Positions 39,427 through 50,243 of a DNA stretch of 64,000 nucleotides are shown here, one piece after another. How positions within the stretch are numbered: position 1 is the first letter of the stretch; the number at the start of each line of letters is the position of its first letter. The translations under genes were made by a program, and so were the position numbers. The notes beneath the pieces were generated by a model that saw nothing but the letters and a program-made list of their open reading frames with translations, made no database searches and was not told the DNA's origin. The DNA lies in assembly GCA_905171695.1 (NCBI GenBank), contig LR991653.1, positions 1,658,150 to 1,722,149 on the forward strand. Reading direction: 5' to 3'. Source of the stretch: Candidatus Methanoperedenaceae archaeon GB37 (GTDB taxonomy: Archaea; Halobacteriota; Methanosarcinia; Methanosarcinales; EX4572-44).

Positions 39427-39573
39427 ATGAAGTTACCGATTCTATCTGCGAAGAAGATCATCAAAGTACTGGAAAAAGATGGGTTTGAGGTAATCAGGCA
39501 AAAGGGAAGTCATATCTCATTATTCAAGAGGAGTGGAGATAAAGCGTATCTGGTTGTTGTCTCGGCATCTTAA
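39427..39573 (+). CDS. hicA: HicA-like toxin, short form (48 aa)
   Basis: Not in the ORF track because it is under 60 aa. MKLPILSAKKIIKVLEKDGFEVIRQKGSHISLFK starts immediately after the hicB stop. The usual C-terminal segment is missing. Confidence 0.55.
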   Translation: MKLPILSAKKIIKVLEKDGFEVIRQKGSHISLFKRSGDKAYLVVVSAS

Positions 39574-39884
39574 AATAGGCTGGAATGAACAGGGAGAGGT
39601 TATCTGAACTCTTGAAGAAGATATAATGTGAAGAGACATCTGTCTTATGCCGGGAATTGCGATTATAACGCTCGTGCTGGGGGTATGGGGTGATGGTGTG
39701 GCATGAGGGTGCAGGAGGAGGGCGAATAAGCGCGCGTTCGATGCAGAAGGGATGGATTTTCAATGGTTCAAATGAAATACTAATCAGGGTAGGTATTCCA
39801 TGTTAACAAGATGTATCGCATGTTTCAGGGGAGAAGGATAGAAGGCTTTTTGTATAAACCGCTTCGATTTTAGGTGAGCTTTAA

Positions 39885-41315
39885 ATGAACACTGTCCAGA
39901 GAATAGCTAAAAACACTGGTGTATTAGGTATCTCACAGGTTATAACCTCGATACTGGGGTTTTTCTTGTTGATCTGCATCGCAAGATACCTCGGCGAAGC
40001 AGGATTTGGTAAATATAGTTTTGCGGTATCCTTTACCGCGTTATTTATAATATTTGCAGACCTTGGAATCAGCCAGTTGATAATTCGGGAACTTGCAAGG
40101 AATAAAGAATTAACAGATGAATATCTCACAAATGTCTCGGTAATCAAACTTCTATTATCCTTTCTTGCATTTGCTCTCATCGCCTTAACGATTAATCTGA
40201 TGGATTTCCCACAAGATACGACTTATGCGGTCTATTTTTTCGCAGTTTATATGATTTTAACCTCTTTCGCACTGACGTTCAGGTCGATATTTCAGGCTTA
40301 TGAACGAATGGAATACGATGCTGCTGTCATGGTAATTGAAAAAATAATACTTATTATACTTGTATTGTTTGTTCTTATATCTGGATATGGTTTAATCGAA
40401 TTGGCATACGCCTATGTATTTGCAGGAATTGTCGCGGTTGTCATAAGCATCTATATCGTTTTGGTAAAAATCGCAAAGCCAAAACCTACGATCAATTTAT
40501 TACTCTGGAAGATGCTCATTGTCGGGTCGATACCGTTTGGCTTAAATGCACTATTTGGTGTTCTATTTTTTAAAATAGATACGGTTATGCTCTCCGTTTT
40601 CAAGGACGATGCTGCGGTTGGGATTTATAATGCCGCATACGTCCCACTGCTTGCATTAACTGGTATTATTTCAGGTATGGTTGTATCTGCGCTCTATCCC
40701 GTGATGTCGAGATATTTCATATCTTCAAAAGATTCTTTAGAGACTTTCACGGTTTTATCATCTAAATATATGGCGATAATTGGATTTCCAATTGGCATGG
40801 GGTGTTTTGTGCTTGCAGATCGATTTATAGCATTGTTCTATCTCGATCAATATTCTGCTTCGATAATTGCGTTCCAGATTCTTGCGTTGTTTATCCCGAT
40901 CAGACTTGTGAGCAGCATAACTGGAACGCTTTTGACTTCGATAAACAAACAGATCCTCCGCACAGTCAGCGTTGGTCTCAGTGCTCTGTTTAATATCGTC
41001 TTGAATGCGGTAATGATTCCCTGCCTGAGCTATGTCGGTGCGAGCATTGCAACCGTTTTATCAGAGGTGTTTTTGTATTTTGTTTTTATTTATTTCATCA
41101 ATAAACATTATAAGAAGTTGGAATTGTATAAGCATTTTATAAAGCCCTTAGTCGCTTCTTTGGTGATGGGTGGATTTGTATTTTATTTTATAGGAGTTAA
41201 TTTGTTTTTACTGATACTATTGGCGGCTTTCGTATATTTTATGATGCTATTGTTGCTGAGAACGTTTACGCAAGAGGATAAGGATATATTCAAGCAGGTC
41301 GTTAAGAGAGGTTGA
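39885..41315 (+). CDS. Wzx-like MOP-superfamily polysaccharide flippase
   Basis: 476 aa with about 12-14 TM segments. N-terminal pattern typical of polysaccharide biosynthesis/flippase proteins. Confidence 0.8.
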   Translation: MNTVQRIAKNTGVLGISQVITSILGFFLLICIARYLGEAGFGKYSFAVSFTALFIIFADLGISQLIIRELARNKELTDEYLTNVSVIKLLLSFLAFALIALTINLMDFPQDTTYAVYFFAVYMILTSFALTFRSIFQAYERMEYDAAVMVIEKIILIILVLFVLISGYGLIELAYAYVFAGIVAVVISIYIVLVKIAKPKPTINLLLWKMLIVGSIPFGLNALFGVLFFKIDTVMLSVFKDDAAVGIYNAAYVPLLALTGIISGMVVSALYPVMSRYFISSKDSLETFTVLSSKYMAIIGFPIGMGCFVLADRFIALFYLDQYSASIIAFQILALFIPIRLVSSITGTLLTSINKQILRTVSVGLSALFNIVLNAVMIPCLSYVGASIATVLSEVFLYFVFIYFINKHYKKLELYKHFIKPLVASLVMGGFVFYFIGVNLFLLILLAAFVYFMMLLLLRTFTQEDKDIFKQVVKRG

Positions 41316-41319
41316 GAAT

Positions 41320-42621
41320 ATGAGCGATGACACGATCGCTTCTGTCGTAAAAGATGGGTTATGCACTGGATGCGGAACTTGCATTGCGCTGTGTCCAGAA
41401 GAAGCCATTGAACTTACAATAAACAAAAAGAAAGGAATTTATATCCCGAAATTGAATGAAGAAAAATGCAACAAATGCGGAATCTGTTATAAAGTATGCC
41501 CTGGTCATGAAGTTGATTTTAAGCAATTAAATTTAGAAATATTTGGAAAAGAGCCAGAGGATATACTGATCGGGAATTACTTGAATTGTTATGTTGGACA
41601 TTCAACGGATTATAATATAAGGTATGATTCTGCATCCGGTGGTCTCATCACTCAACTTTTGATCTTCGCATTAGAGGAAGGAACAATAGACGGTGCTTTG
41701 GTCACGAGGATGAAAAAAGATAAACCTTTGGAGCCAGAACCTTTTATTGCGAGAACGGGAGAAGAGGTGGTCGAAGCATCCAAATCTAAATACTGCCCTG
41801 TTCCTGCAAATATTGCACTAAACGAAATTTTAAATTCAAAAGAAGGAGAGAAATTTGCAGTTGTTGGATTACCTTGTCACATTCACGGAATAAGGAAAGC
41901 AGAGCAAATAAGCAAAAAACTGAAAGAAAAAATTGTTTTGCACGTAGGGATCATCTGCAACCATACGCCAACTTTTTTAGCAACGGAATTCTTACTAAAG
42001 AAGTTGAAAATAAAAAAAAACGATGTCAAAAAATTAGAATATAGGGGTGAGGGGTGGCCTGGTGGGATGAAGATCACAACAAAAAATGGGAATATAATTT
42101 TTGCCCATTATTTCTCTTCTAATTACTGGGGCATCGTATTTAATTCATTTTTCTTCCCGATACGCTGCACACTATGCAATGATAAGGTATGTGGATTATC
42201 CGATGTTTCATTTGCAGATGCATGGGTGCCAGAATTGATGAAAGACAATGATGCTGGAATTTCTTTGATCGTCTCTCGAAACAAGCTATTTGAAGAGTTT
42301 TTAAATAGAGCATCCTTAAAAGGAAAAATAGAACTGAAAAATGTAAATAAAGATGTGGTTCTACAGTCGCAATCGTTAGGTACTATAAAAAAACAATTAA
42401 AAGCGCGTATTAGAATTTTGAAAATATTTGGAAAGAAAATCCCCCTGTATCACCAAGATTTATTAAAATCAAGTTTTTCTGATCATCTCCATGTTCTTCC
42501 ATTCTATTTTAGGAACTGTTTTTTGTCTAAACGTTATTTTTGGAGTTTAATTAGTCTATATCTTTTTTCAATAGAAAATGCAAGTTATTACAAGTCTAAA
42601 ATATTGAAATCTAAAAAATAA
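41320..42621 (+). CDS. FrhB/FdhB-like F420-dependent oxidoreductase with 2x[4Fe-4S] ferredoxin N-terminus
   Basis: CTGCGTCIALCP and CNKCGICYKVCP clusters followed by an FrhB-like domain. Adjacent to the pyruvyl transferase. Confidence 0.7.
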   Translation: MSDDTIASVVKDGLCTGCGTCIALCPEEAIELTINKKKGIYIPKLNEEKCNKCGICYKVCPGHEVDFKQLNLEIFGKEPEDILIGNYLNCYVGHSTDYNIRYDSASGGLITQLLIFALEEGTIDGALVTRMKKDKPLEPEPFIARTGEEVVEASKSKYCPVPANIALNEILNSKEGEKFAVVGLPCHIHGIRKAEQISKKLKEKIVLHVGIICNHTPTFLATEFLLKKLKIKKNDVKKLEYRGEGWPGGMKITTKNGNIIFAHYFSSNYWGIVFNSFFFPIRCTLCNDKVCGLSDVSFADAWVPELMKDNDAGISLIVSRNKLFEEFLNRASLKGKIELKNVNKDVVLQSQSLGTIKKQLKARIRILKIFGKKIPLYHQDLLKSSFSDHLHVLPFYFRNCFLSKRYFWSLISLYLFSIENASYYKSKILKSKK

Positions 42622-43878
42622 TCATTTTTGGCGATTTAATACATCTCTAACTAACTTCCCACTGTACCACGCCAATCTCTTCTGATCTTCCACTTTAACC
42701 TTCAACTCTTCCCGTATCTTTTCTTTGTTATCCCACAAGTCATCTATTTTTGATCTTAACTCCTCAAATTTCATCGTTTTAAAATCACAGACATAGTTTT
42801 CCTGTCCAACTGCCCGCATGATCCCATAATATTTGTGACTCCATGCCGTCGCCATCGTGGGAACATAACTTGAAAGGGCTGCAATATTTGCGTGCATTCT
42901 TCCACCAATAAATATATCGCACAGTCCAATGATCCCTTTTAACTCCTCCGGCGAATAGTCTCCTTTAATCAAATCGATATTTTCTTTATTTCTTGCCAAT
43001 TTGTAAATCTTTTCGTCAATGACTCGATCATCACCCTTATCACCTTCTTTTATCGCTACGACATGCGGTACAAAAACTATTTGTGCATTCAGTTTTTTGA
43101 TGACATAATCAATTAGTTGAGCCATTGATTTTGCATAATTATTTTCTTTGTCATCAAGCATCGCATTTGCAGATATCCCAACTAATGGTCTTTTGTTTGT
43201 ATCTACCTTTTCTTTTGATAGAATCTCTTTAACTCTTTCATAAGGTGCCGTCTCTAAAACAAAAGCACAATCTGCAGTAAGATAAATAGGTGATTTGATA
43301 CCTATCTCTTCTAAATAGTTTTTGGTTATCTCTTCCCTTACGATTATCAAATCCACTTTATTCAAACAAAATTTAGCCAATGGTAAAGTCCATTTCTTAA
43401 AAGTTCCAATAGATTGTGAATATAGCACTGTTGGTTTTTTCAATGACCTACCCAATAAAATAGTTGAACTGATGCTAATAGCAAAACCACCTTTGCTATC
43501 GCTAAATGAATCTCCACTAAGATCAATGACAATATCTGCAGAGGTATATTCTTGAATTACGGAACTATTTATAGAGATGGGATTTAAGCCGATTTTAAAT
43601 AGAATCGACCATAATATATTAGAAATCGGAAAAAAAATTCGGTAATGGATGAAGGGTAATATCCGCATACGCGGTAATCGCCACCAAATACTGCTAACTA
43701 TTTTTATGTTATAAATTTTACAATATTTAGAATCGAGTTCGGGGTAATGAGATATTAAGGTAAATCTTGCATCATAAATGAACTTTTTTAATGTTTTGCA
43801 TGTACTTATGACTTGTGCAGCCGAACCCTTATTCCATGAGCAGTTTGTGTTCGTAAAAAGTATTTTCGTCATTTCCAT
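42622..43878 (-). CDS. polysaccharide pyruvyl transferase
   Basis: 418 aa. WcaK/CsaB-like pattern (N.G..A.......L, RMHANIAALS). Confidence 0.75.
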   Translation of the reverse strand: MEMTKILFTNTNCSWNKGSAAQVISTCKTLKKFIYDARFTLISHYPELDSKYCKIYNIKIVSSIWWRLPRMRILPFIHYRIFFPISNILWSILFKIGLNPISINSSVIQEYTSADIVIDLSGDSFSDSKGGFAISISSTILLGRSLKKPTVLYSQSIGTFKKWTLPLAKFCLNKVDLIIVREEITKNYLEEIGIKSPIYLTADCAFVLETAPYERVKEILSKEKVDTNKRPLVGISANAMLDDKENNYAKSMAQLIDYVIKKLNAQIVFVPHVVAIKEGDKGDDRVIDEKIYKLARNKENIDLIKGDYSPEELKGIIGLCDIFIGGRMHANIAALSSYVPTMATAWSHKYYGIMRAVGQENYVCDFKTMKFEELRSKIDDLWDNKEKIREELKVKVEDQKRLAWYSGKLVRDVLNRQK

Positions 43879-45950
43879 ACCTCTGCTCCGCCGTTGTTAT
43901 AAATTCTGCTCTTTCTGGTGAAGAGATGGGAATATTCTGATATATTGTGAGTATCCTTCCACATTGTTACTATTTTTTCATCAATAACATTATAATATCT
44001 AAGGAAGATATATCCGCTACGTATTGTTCTATTATTTTTAAAAAATCTACCGTTACTTTCTCGTATCCCTCTGCCTAATAATCTTTCACTTCCATAACGA
44101 TCTGTGTACACTATCGATCTGTATTCTTTATTATTATCTTTCAACCATTTAGCAGCCATAATCTCTTGATCATGGACACACATAGAATCATATTGAAAAC
44201 CTTCGGAATTAAAAATTATCGAATGTGGAACGCCAAATGCCTGATAAACAACGCCAAGATTGACCATTAAAAAAGAAAGTAGCACTATTACAATTAACAA
44301 TATTCTCAGTTTTGGGCGTAAAAATTTAAAAACGATATTGCCACCTATCACAAATGCAGGAGCTAGTATAACCAACATTTGTAAGAGTATTCGATCTGGT
44401 CCATATCCCACAGAAAAGTAAGGTATTGCCACCATCGATGCTAAAAAAGCAGCACAGACAAATACCATCGAAAGATATTCTATTCCAAAATTAGATGTTT
44501 TATATTTCCTTGATAGATCAACAACTCCAATACCGATAAAAACGAGTGTAATGTAATATATAATAAGATTTATCCAATCTGGAATCCCTGATAAACCAGC
44601 GCCAAAAGCTCGTTGCTCAGCTGGATGATACATTTCCATAACAAAAATACGATTTAATGAGATGAATGTATTTTCAACAAAACTTACAAGGTGGTTGAAA
44701 GAAGTTTCTGTTATTTGACCGTACCAAAGAAAAATTATGGCAAATGATAATATAACTGCAGTTGGCGTCAAGCTTTTTTCGAATTTAATTGATCCAATAT
44801 TTTTTATTAATGTTGTTATTAATAAGCTAAAAAGTATTAAGCCAAAAAATATATATCCAGTGGAGTAGTGAGACACAATTGTAGAGACCATAAAAATTAA
44901 AAATATTATTTTTTTATTCAATTTATCCGTTTTACTATCTAAAAGTATCACCATTGACAATGCAAAGAAGAATAGTGCAAATGGCGTACGTATGAGTGTT
45001 AAAGAATAAATAAATTGAAAAGAGAAGATATAAAGAAGAGAAGATAAAAATGCACCTGTTTCGCCAAGATATTTTTTAAATAATATGTATAAGCTTAAAG
45101 ATGTAAATGAAATTAATATTTGATATAAAAATTTGTAAACATATTCACTATTTAAATTTAATAAGAGTTGATATATCGTAGGTAGTATTGTAATACTTAA
45201 ACAAGCGTTATATGGACTACAATAATTGGATATATCCCAATGAAAATTATTTAGTGCCAATTGAAAAACAAAATATTCTCTGTGAATATCACCTCCCATA
45301 ATATGATGTGTTCTCAAAGAAAGCATAAACAAAAGTGCAATGCTGATCATCCATACAGCCACAGGATAAGTAGCATCAGGAATCCTATCCCCCAAATAAA
45401 CAAGAGCAACGACGTAAGCAGGAATCAAAAATAGCATCGTCAATAGAATAATATTATTCCCCTGCGTGTTCATCAAATAAGTCCCAAAAACTGCCATGAA
45501 GGGAAACAAAATCGGAAATATCAAAGGAGAAGTTAATTTACCTTTTAAATCGAGTTTGAAATTGAAAACATAATTTATATCAAAATCATTTTTGTTTCGT
45601 TTGTATGCAATAAATGCTAAAATTAACAAAATAACATTAAACGAAATCAATATCGGCTCCAAAGACAAAGGCTTCAGAATAAGCGGATAAAAACTATTCA
45701 CGAACAACCCAGCAAACATCAGGAATGAAACACTTAATCCAATTGATAGTACGAATTTTTTAAGAAATTCTATTTTGTTTAATTTTAAGATGTGAAGGAT
45801 TAATAAACCGGGAATGATTGTAAAACAAAGAAATCCAAGCATCTGTCTTAAAAAAGGAATATTTAGAAGTATTGCAAGATCGGCTAAAACAGTTATTGCT
45901 ATCAAAACCGCAAAATACTGCCTGGCATCCAAATTTTTTAGTTTAACCAT
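43869..45950 (-). CDS. large polytopic membrane protein (DUF2206-like; glycan polymerase or oligosaccharyltransferase-like)
   Basis: 693 aa with more than 12 hydrophobic segments followed by a soluble C-terminal domain. Sits in the glycan cluster. Confidence 0.45.
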   Translation of the reverse strand: MVKLKNLDARQYFAVLIAITVLADLAILLNIPFLRQMLGFLCFTIIPGLLILHILKLNKIEFLKKFVLSIGLSVSFLMFAGLFVNSFYPLILKPLSLEPILISFNVILLILAFIAYKRNKNDFDINYVFNFKLDLKGKLTSPLIFPILFPFMAVFGTYLMNTQGNNIILLTMLFLIPAYVVALVYLGDRIPDATYPVAVWMISIALLFMLSLRTHHIMGGDIHREYFVFQLALNNFHWDISNYCSPYNACLSITILPTIYQLLLNLNSEYVYKFLYQILISFTSLSLYILFKKYLGETGAFLSSLLYIFSFQFIYSLTLIRTPFALFFFALSMVILLDSKTDKLNKKIIFLIFMVSTIVSHYSTGYIFFGLILFSLLITTLIKNIGSIKFEKSLTPTAVILSFAIIFLWYGQITETSFNHLVSFVENTFISLNRIFVMEMYHPAEQRAFGAGLSGIPDWINLIIYYITLVFIGIGVVDLSRKYKTSNFGIEYLSMVFVCAAFLASMVAIPYFSVGYGPDRILLQMLVILAPAFVIGGNIVFKFLRPKLRILLIVIVLLSFLMVNLGVVYQAFGVPHSIIFNSEGFQYDSMCVHDQEIMAAKWLKDNNKEYRSIVYTDRYGSERLLGRGIRESNGRFFKNNRTIRSGYIFLRYYNVIDEKIVTMWKDTHNISEYSHLFTRKSRIYNNGGAEVWK

Positions 45951-45959
45951 TTTTCACCT

Positions 45960-47144
45960 TTACACACTCTTATACAACTCTTCCAGCTTTCGTACATGCT
46001 CGTCCATATCATACTTCTTCACAGATTCAAAAGCACCTTCTTCCAATCTCTTTAACTCTGATGGATGTTCTATCAAGTTCTCAAGTATCCCTTTCAATTC
46101 TTCCACATTTCCAGTTTCGAATAAAAACCCATTGTAGCCTTCCTCAATCAATTCTGGAATACCCCCCATGCTACTCCCTATAACGGGAGTTCCATTCGTC
46201 AAACTTTCATAAATTACCATAGGTGAATTATCATACCAAATGGATGGAACAACTGAGACATTTGCTTTTCGATACAAAGTTATAAGTTCTTCGTCTGGCA
46301 CAAATCCATAAAAATCTATCCTTTGATCAGACGCCGCCATCCTCTTGAATTCGTCCTCATCTCTCCCTTTTCCAATGATGTGAAGTCTAATATTTACAGA
46401 TCCTATTTCTTTGAAAGCACTTATCAATATATGAACGCCTTTATGTCTACTCAAACCACCCACATACAGAACATCGATCATATCATAATCTTTTTCAGCT
46501 TTCTTATCCCACAATTCAATACCCAACGGAAGTTTCATCGTTTTAACACCTTCAAACAGTCCCGTTTCTTTCAATTTACCGATTACAAACTGCGAAGGTG
46601 CAGTAATAACATCCGGTTTGTTATTCACCAGATATTTTTGAATTTTTACATAAACTTTGCACAATCTCGACGGAACGGTACATATCTCACCAGAACCATT
46701 CAACAGATTTGCTCTTGAGCATATCAATGAGTAATCATGTGCCGTGAAGACTAACGGTAGATTCAAACGCTTTGCTGCGCTGAATACAGAGAGTGAGAGC
46801 CCCTTGAAGTTATTAACATGCACAACATCTGGCATCTCCTTCTTCAGAATATTTTTAACAACAACATAAGAATGTGGATTCCATAAATCAATGGTGTGCC
46901 AGATCGGTTTTAGCATTTCTGGCTGGTTCTGATGGTTATACATCGCATAAAGGTTCAATGGGTTGATCCGATAGACCTTTACCCCGTTCACTTCTTCGAT
47001 TGATCCTTTTCCATTCACAGATGTGGTAATAACAAATACTTCATGTCCTCTTTTTACCAGTCCGTCTGCTGCTCTCTTCACGCTAATCTCTGCACCGCCT
47101 ATTACGGATGGCGGATAGAGATTGGATATGAAACAGATTTTCAT
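45960..47144 (-). CDS. glycosyltransferase family 4
   Basis: 394 aa. GT-B fold with N-terminal GGAE and C-terminal E..PMVIYESL..G.PVIGS. Confidence 0.85.
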   Translation of the reverse strand: MKICFISNLYPPSVIGGAEISVKRAADGLVKRGHEVFVITTSVNGKGSIEEVNGVKVYRINPLNLYAMYNHQNQPEMLKPIWHTIDLWNPHSYVVVKNILKKEMPDVVHVNNFKGLSLSVFSAAKRLNLPLVFTAHDYSLICSRANLLNGSGEICTVPSRLCKVYVKIQKYLVNNKPDVITAPSQFVIGKLKETGLFEGVKTMKLPLGIELWDKKAEKDYDMIDVLYVGGLSRHKGVHILISAFKEIGSVNIRLHIIGKGRDEDEFKRMAASDQRIDFYGFVPDEELITLYRKANVSVVPSIWYDNSPMVIYESLTNGTPVIGSSMGGIPELIEEGYNGFLFETGNVEELKGILENLIEHPSELKRLEEGAFESVKKYDMDEHVRKLEELYKSV

Positions 47145-48298
47145 ATCAAATCCTCGTAAACCCTCTCAGTCATCTCAGCAACTCTCTCCCAGGTATATTT
47201 CTCTTCCACAAGCCTTCTCCCATTCGCACCCATCTTCTCTGCTAAATCTTCATCGTTTAATAACTTAATTATCGCACTCGCCAGCGCCTCTGGATTTTTC
47301 GGTGGAACCAACAAACCATTCGCTCCATCTTCTATCACATATTGGATACCCCCCACCTTTGTTCCTATCACTGGTTTTCCGCATGCATTTCCTTCAATCA
47401 GCACCATACCAAAACCTTCTTGAACCGTAGTTGAAGGTAAAACGACCACATCAGAACTCTTGTAGTATTCAATCAATTCAGTTTCATCAACAAAACCGGT
47501 GAATATCACGTTATCAAAAATATTAAACTCTTCACACATTTTCTTATATTCTGAGATCATATCACCTCTGCCCACTAAGACTAGGTATGCACCCTCCACC
47601 TCTTCTAAAACTATTTTGAATGATTTAATTAATTGATCGACCCCTTTATGTGTATGTGCCTTACTCATTACGCCAACAAAAAGAACAATTTTTGAAGAAT
47701 CTGGGATGTCGTATGCCTCATGAATTTTAAATGATTTACCGACACTATATTTTTCAATATCAACTCCGGGTGGAATCCATACGAGTTTATTCGTAAACGG
47801 TTTCAGGAACTTGGATTCATTATAACAAAAAGGAGATGGAGTTATTAGCAGGTTCATTGAGCGCAGAGCCACATGGTTCATCGAATAATTATAAATCTGT
47901 GCTACAGAACTCATTAATAATCCGTCTTTAACGATATCGTTATGATATGTCAAAACAGATGGAATCTTGCATATTTTACTCACTAATGCCGCAATATCGG
48001 GATAATATGGTAAATGGAAATTTATATCTATTAAATCGAAGTCGCCATTCCGCACAAAATTAATCATATCAAAAAGCAGTCCAATTTTTATAGGTGCAGT
48101 AGATATCGTAAAGTCTGGTTTTAGTCTTATTATTCGAATACCATCTATACTTTCCTCCTTTTTTCTCTTTTCTTGACCACTACACAACACTGTGACACTG
48201 TGCCCCCCATCTACAAGCCTTTTCGCAATATTGTAAGCATAGCTTTCAGCTCCGCCACCGTCTGGATAAAAGTATGAAGAAACCATAAAAATATTCAA
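47141..48298 (-). CDS. glycosyltransferase family 4
   Basis: 385 aa. GGGAES N-terminus and EGFGMVLIEGNACGKPVIGT motif. 4-nt overlap with the next GT4. Confidence 0.85.
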   Translation of the reverse strand: MNIFMVSSYFYPDGGGAESYAYNIAKRLVDGGHSVTVLCSGQEKRKKEESIDGIRIIRLKPDFTISTAPIKIGLLFDMINFVRNGDFDLIDINFHLPYYPDIAALVSKICKIPSVLTYHNDIVKDGLLMSSVAQIYNYSMNHVALRSMNLLITPSPFCYNESKFLKPFTNKLVWIPPGVDIEKYSVGKSFKIHEAYDIPDSSKIVLFVGVMSKAHTHKGVDQLIKSFKIVLEEVEGAYLVLVGRGDMISEYKKMCEEFNIFDNVIFTGFVDETELIEYYKSSDVVVLPSTTVQEGFGMVLIEGNACGKPVIGTKVGGIQYVIEDGANGLLVPPKNPEALASAIIKLLNDEDLAEKMGANGRRLVEEKYTWERVAEMTERVYEDLI

Positions 48299-48387
48299 CG
48301 CAACACACCCTGTTTATCAAAGTGATCTCTGTATGGGAAATGGGTGATGAAATAGCTTATTTTCATGCTATTACTCCTTTAGAGACG

Positions 48388-49121
48388 TTACATTTGCTTT
48401 TTTGCTGTTATTAATAGACTTCCACCAAATAAATTGACTAACTGAAGCCTCTCTAAATAGGGTTCTATTCTCTTCACAAGTTTCCAAATTCCATTCCCAT
48501 TTGCAGGTGTAAAGTTTATTCCACCTCTCTTAAGAATAACAAATCCTGCATCATCTAATTTACTATGTATATATATATATATATATATCCTAATGAATGT
48601 TCATTGTGGCTATATCCATATTTCTTCTTTGGAAATCTATGTCTGAAGCTTGTATATGGATTCCAATCATTTGGTTCTATGATGAATAAAAAACCACCCT
48701 CTTTCAAAACCCTATTTATTTCTAAAACCGGATATATTATATCTGGAAAGTGATGTAACACCTGTCCACACAACACTGCATCAAACGAACTATCTTTAAA
48801 AGGCAAACTCAATCCATCCCCACAAATATAACCGCATGTTTCATCAAGATATTTAGCAATCTTCACGTTGGTGAAAGTAACATCCAACCCAATGACATTT
48901 TTAAATGATTTTCGTAGATAAGGCGTATATGTTGCTGTTCCACATCCAAAATCTAAAACAGATGTTTTATCGATCTCCAATACACCCAATTTTTCAAGTG
49001 CTTTTAGCTTTCTTTCTTCATCCCAATCACTGCTGCGATATTCATACCCTAATTTTCCAAATCTCTGTTTATATAAAACAATCTCCTCTTCCGCATTCTG
49101 TTTTTTGTTCATATTATGCAC
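48388..49121 (-). pseudogene. class I SAM methyltransferase split by a frameshift in a (TA)10 tract
   Basis: The N-part is ORF 48555..49121 (VLDFGCGT). The C-part HSKLDDAGFVILKRGG...LLITAKKQM ends at 48388 in the -1 frame. The two frames meet inside the TA run. Confidence 0.7.
48568..48588. repeat. (TA)10 microsatellite
   Basis: Read directly: TATATATATATATATATATAT. Confidence 0.98.
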
Positions 49122-49150
49122 ACCGTTTCGTTCTTTACCTTTGCACCCCT

Positions 49151-49270
49151 TTATATATTATTTTCCATGCTTATGCAAAGATCTGATTTTGAAAATATTC
49201 TTTTAAGCAGGTCAATTCTATCTATTTTGGCAAAAGTGCTTGCAATATCGCAGTCAATGATAACGAGCAT
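49151..49270 (-). pseudogene. PIN-like (DUF3368) toxin, truncated to 39 codons
   Basis: MLVIIDCDIASTFAKIDRIDLLKRIF parallels MIIIDTDIASAFAKAGHFDMLIKLF of the 156-aa copy at 51669..52139. Same TGAATG junction with the upstream UPF0175 gene. Confidence 0.6.
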
Positions 49271-49564
49271 TCAATCACCAGTCGCCCTATATATTCTCCT
49301 CTCGCTCTCTTCCTTTGATCCCCTGACCTCTATTCTGAAGCCCCTGCTCCGGAGTATCTCCTTAAATTCTTCCACAGTCGTCCCAGCCATATCCGCTGCT
49401 TTCCAGAGGCTCACCTCTTTGTTTCTGTAAAGCTCTACAGCCATCTCTACCTTTAACCCGGGCTTCAAATTTAAAAGTGCCCTGTATGCATCTTCAATGA
49501 GATTATCCACACTTCCGCAATATTTCGGCACCAGAGCCTTTGGAAGGTTCTCTGCTAAATACAT
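49271..49564 (-). CDS. UPF0175-family antitoxin
   Basis: 97 aa. Paralogue of 52140..52427 (LIEDAYRALLNLKPGLKVEMAVELY). Confidence 0.7.
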   Translation of the reverse strand: MYLAENLPKALVPKYCGSVDNLIEDAYRALLNLKPGLKVEMAVELYRNKEVSLWKAADMAGTTVEEFKEILRSRGFRIEVRGSKEESERRIYRATGD

Positions 49565-49584
49565 ATTTGTATGTTATACCTCCC

Positions 49585-49712
49585 CACCCTATAAACTGTT
49601 GCTCGCTTCTTGCACATCTCAATAACATCCGCTCCAAACACCACACCCACCTCATCTCACCGACCCCACACCTCCTCAGCACCACCTCGCAGCAAGTGGA
49701 ACATATCTCGGA
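49585..49712 (-). pseudogene. degenerate 3'-end fragment D of the B12-radical-SAM gene
   Basis: Retains CCTCGCAGCAAGTGGAACATATCTC versus CCTCACAGCAAGTGGAACATATCCC in the intact gene (52580-52604). The reading frame is destroyed. Confidence 0.35.
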
Positions 49713-49842
49713 GATAGATATAGATAATAAACAACTGTTGGGATTGGCCCCTTTCCTGCCAGCGCTTTTTCTCCGGGCGTTCCGTAGTCGTCGAATATAT
49801 GCAGTATCTTCATTTTTTCTTCCCCTGATAAACCTCTAGAAA

Positions 49843-50243
49843 CTACTCTATTTTTCCGATAAATGCATAAAAATCTGGTAAATTCTCTTTCAGTATTTCA
49901 AAAGCGATCCTGTCATCTATCCTGCCATATCTGTGAACGACTATGTTTTTAAATCCTTTCATCGCCTTCAATTTCTCTCTCATCTCTTCGCTCAATATCT
50001 TCTTCTTTACCGATTTTCTATAATATCTTTATCATCATGTGGGATTCCGAGTTCAAGGTCTGTGTTGATGATGGCGCAGATGTCAAGGACATTTTCTATG
50101 GCAAACTCTATCCTTTTGTAGATTCCATCTTTTATCAATCCAAGATCTGAGAATTCCTCAAATGTATCTGGTAAATGCTCTTCTACCAATCTGATACTCT
50201 CCTCTATCTACTTCATCTTTGTTCTGATAATCTTTTTTCTCAT
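49843..50243 (-). pseudogene. HEPN (DUF86) toxin, disrupted
   Basis: ATG overlaps the MNT stop (ATGA). There is an in-frame TAG after 11 codons and a frameshift before KGFKNIVVHRYG (the Rx4-6H-like HEPN motif). Confidence 0.65.
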
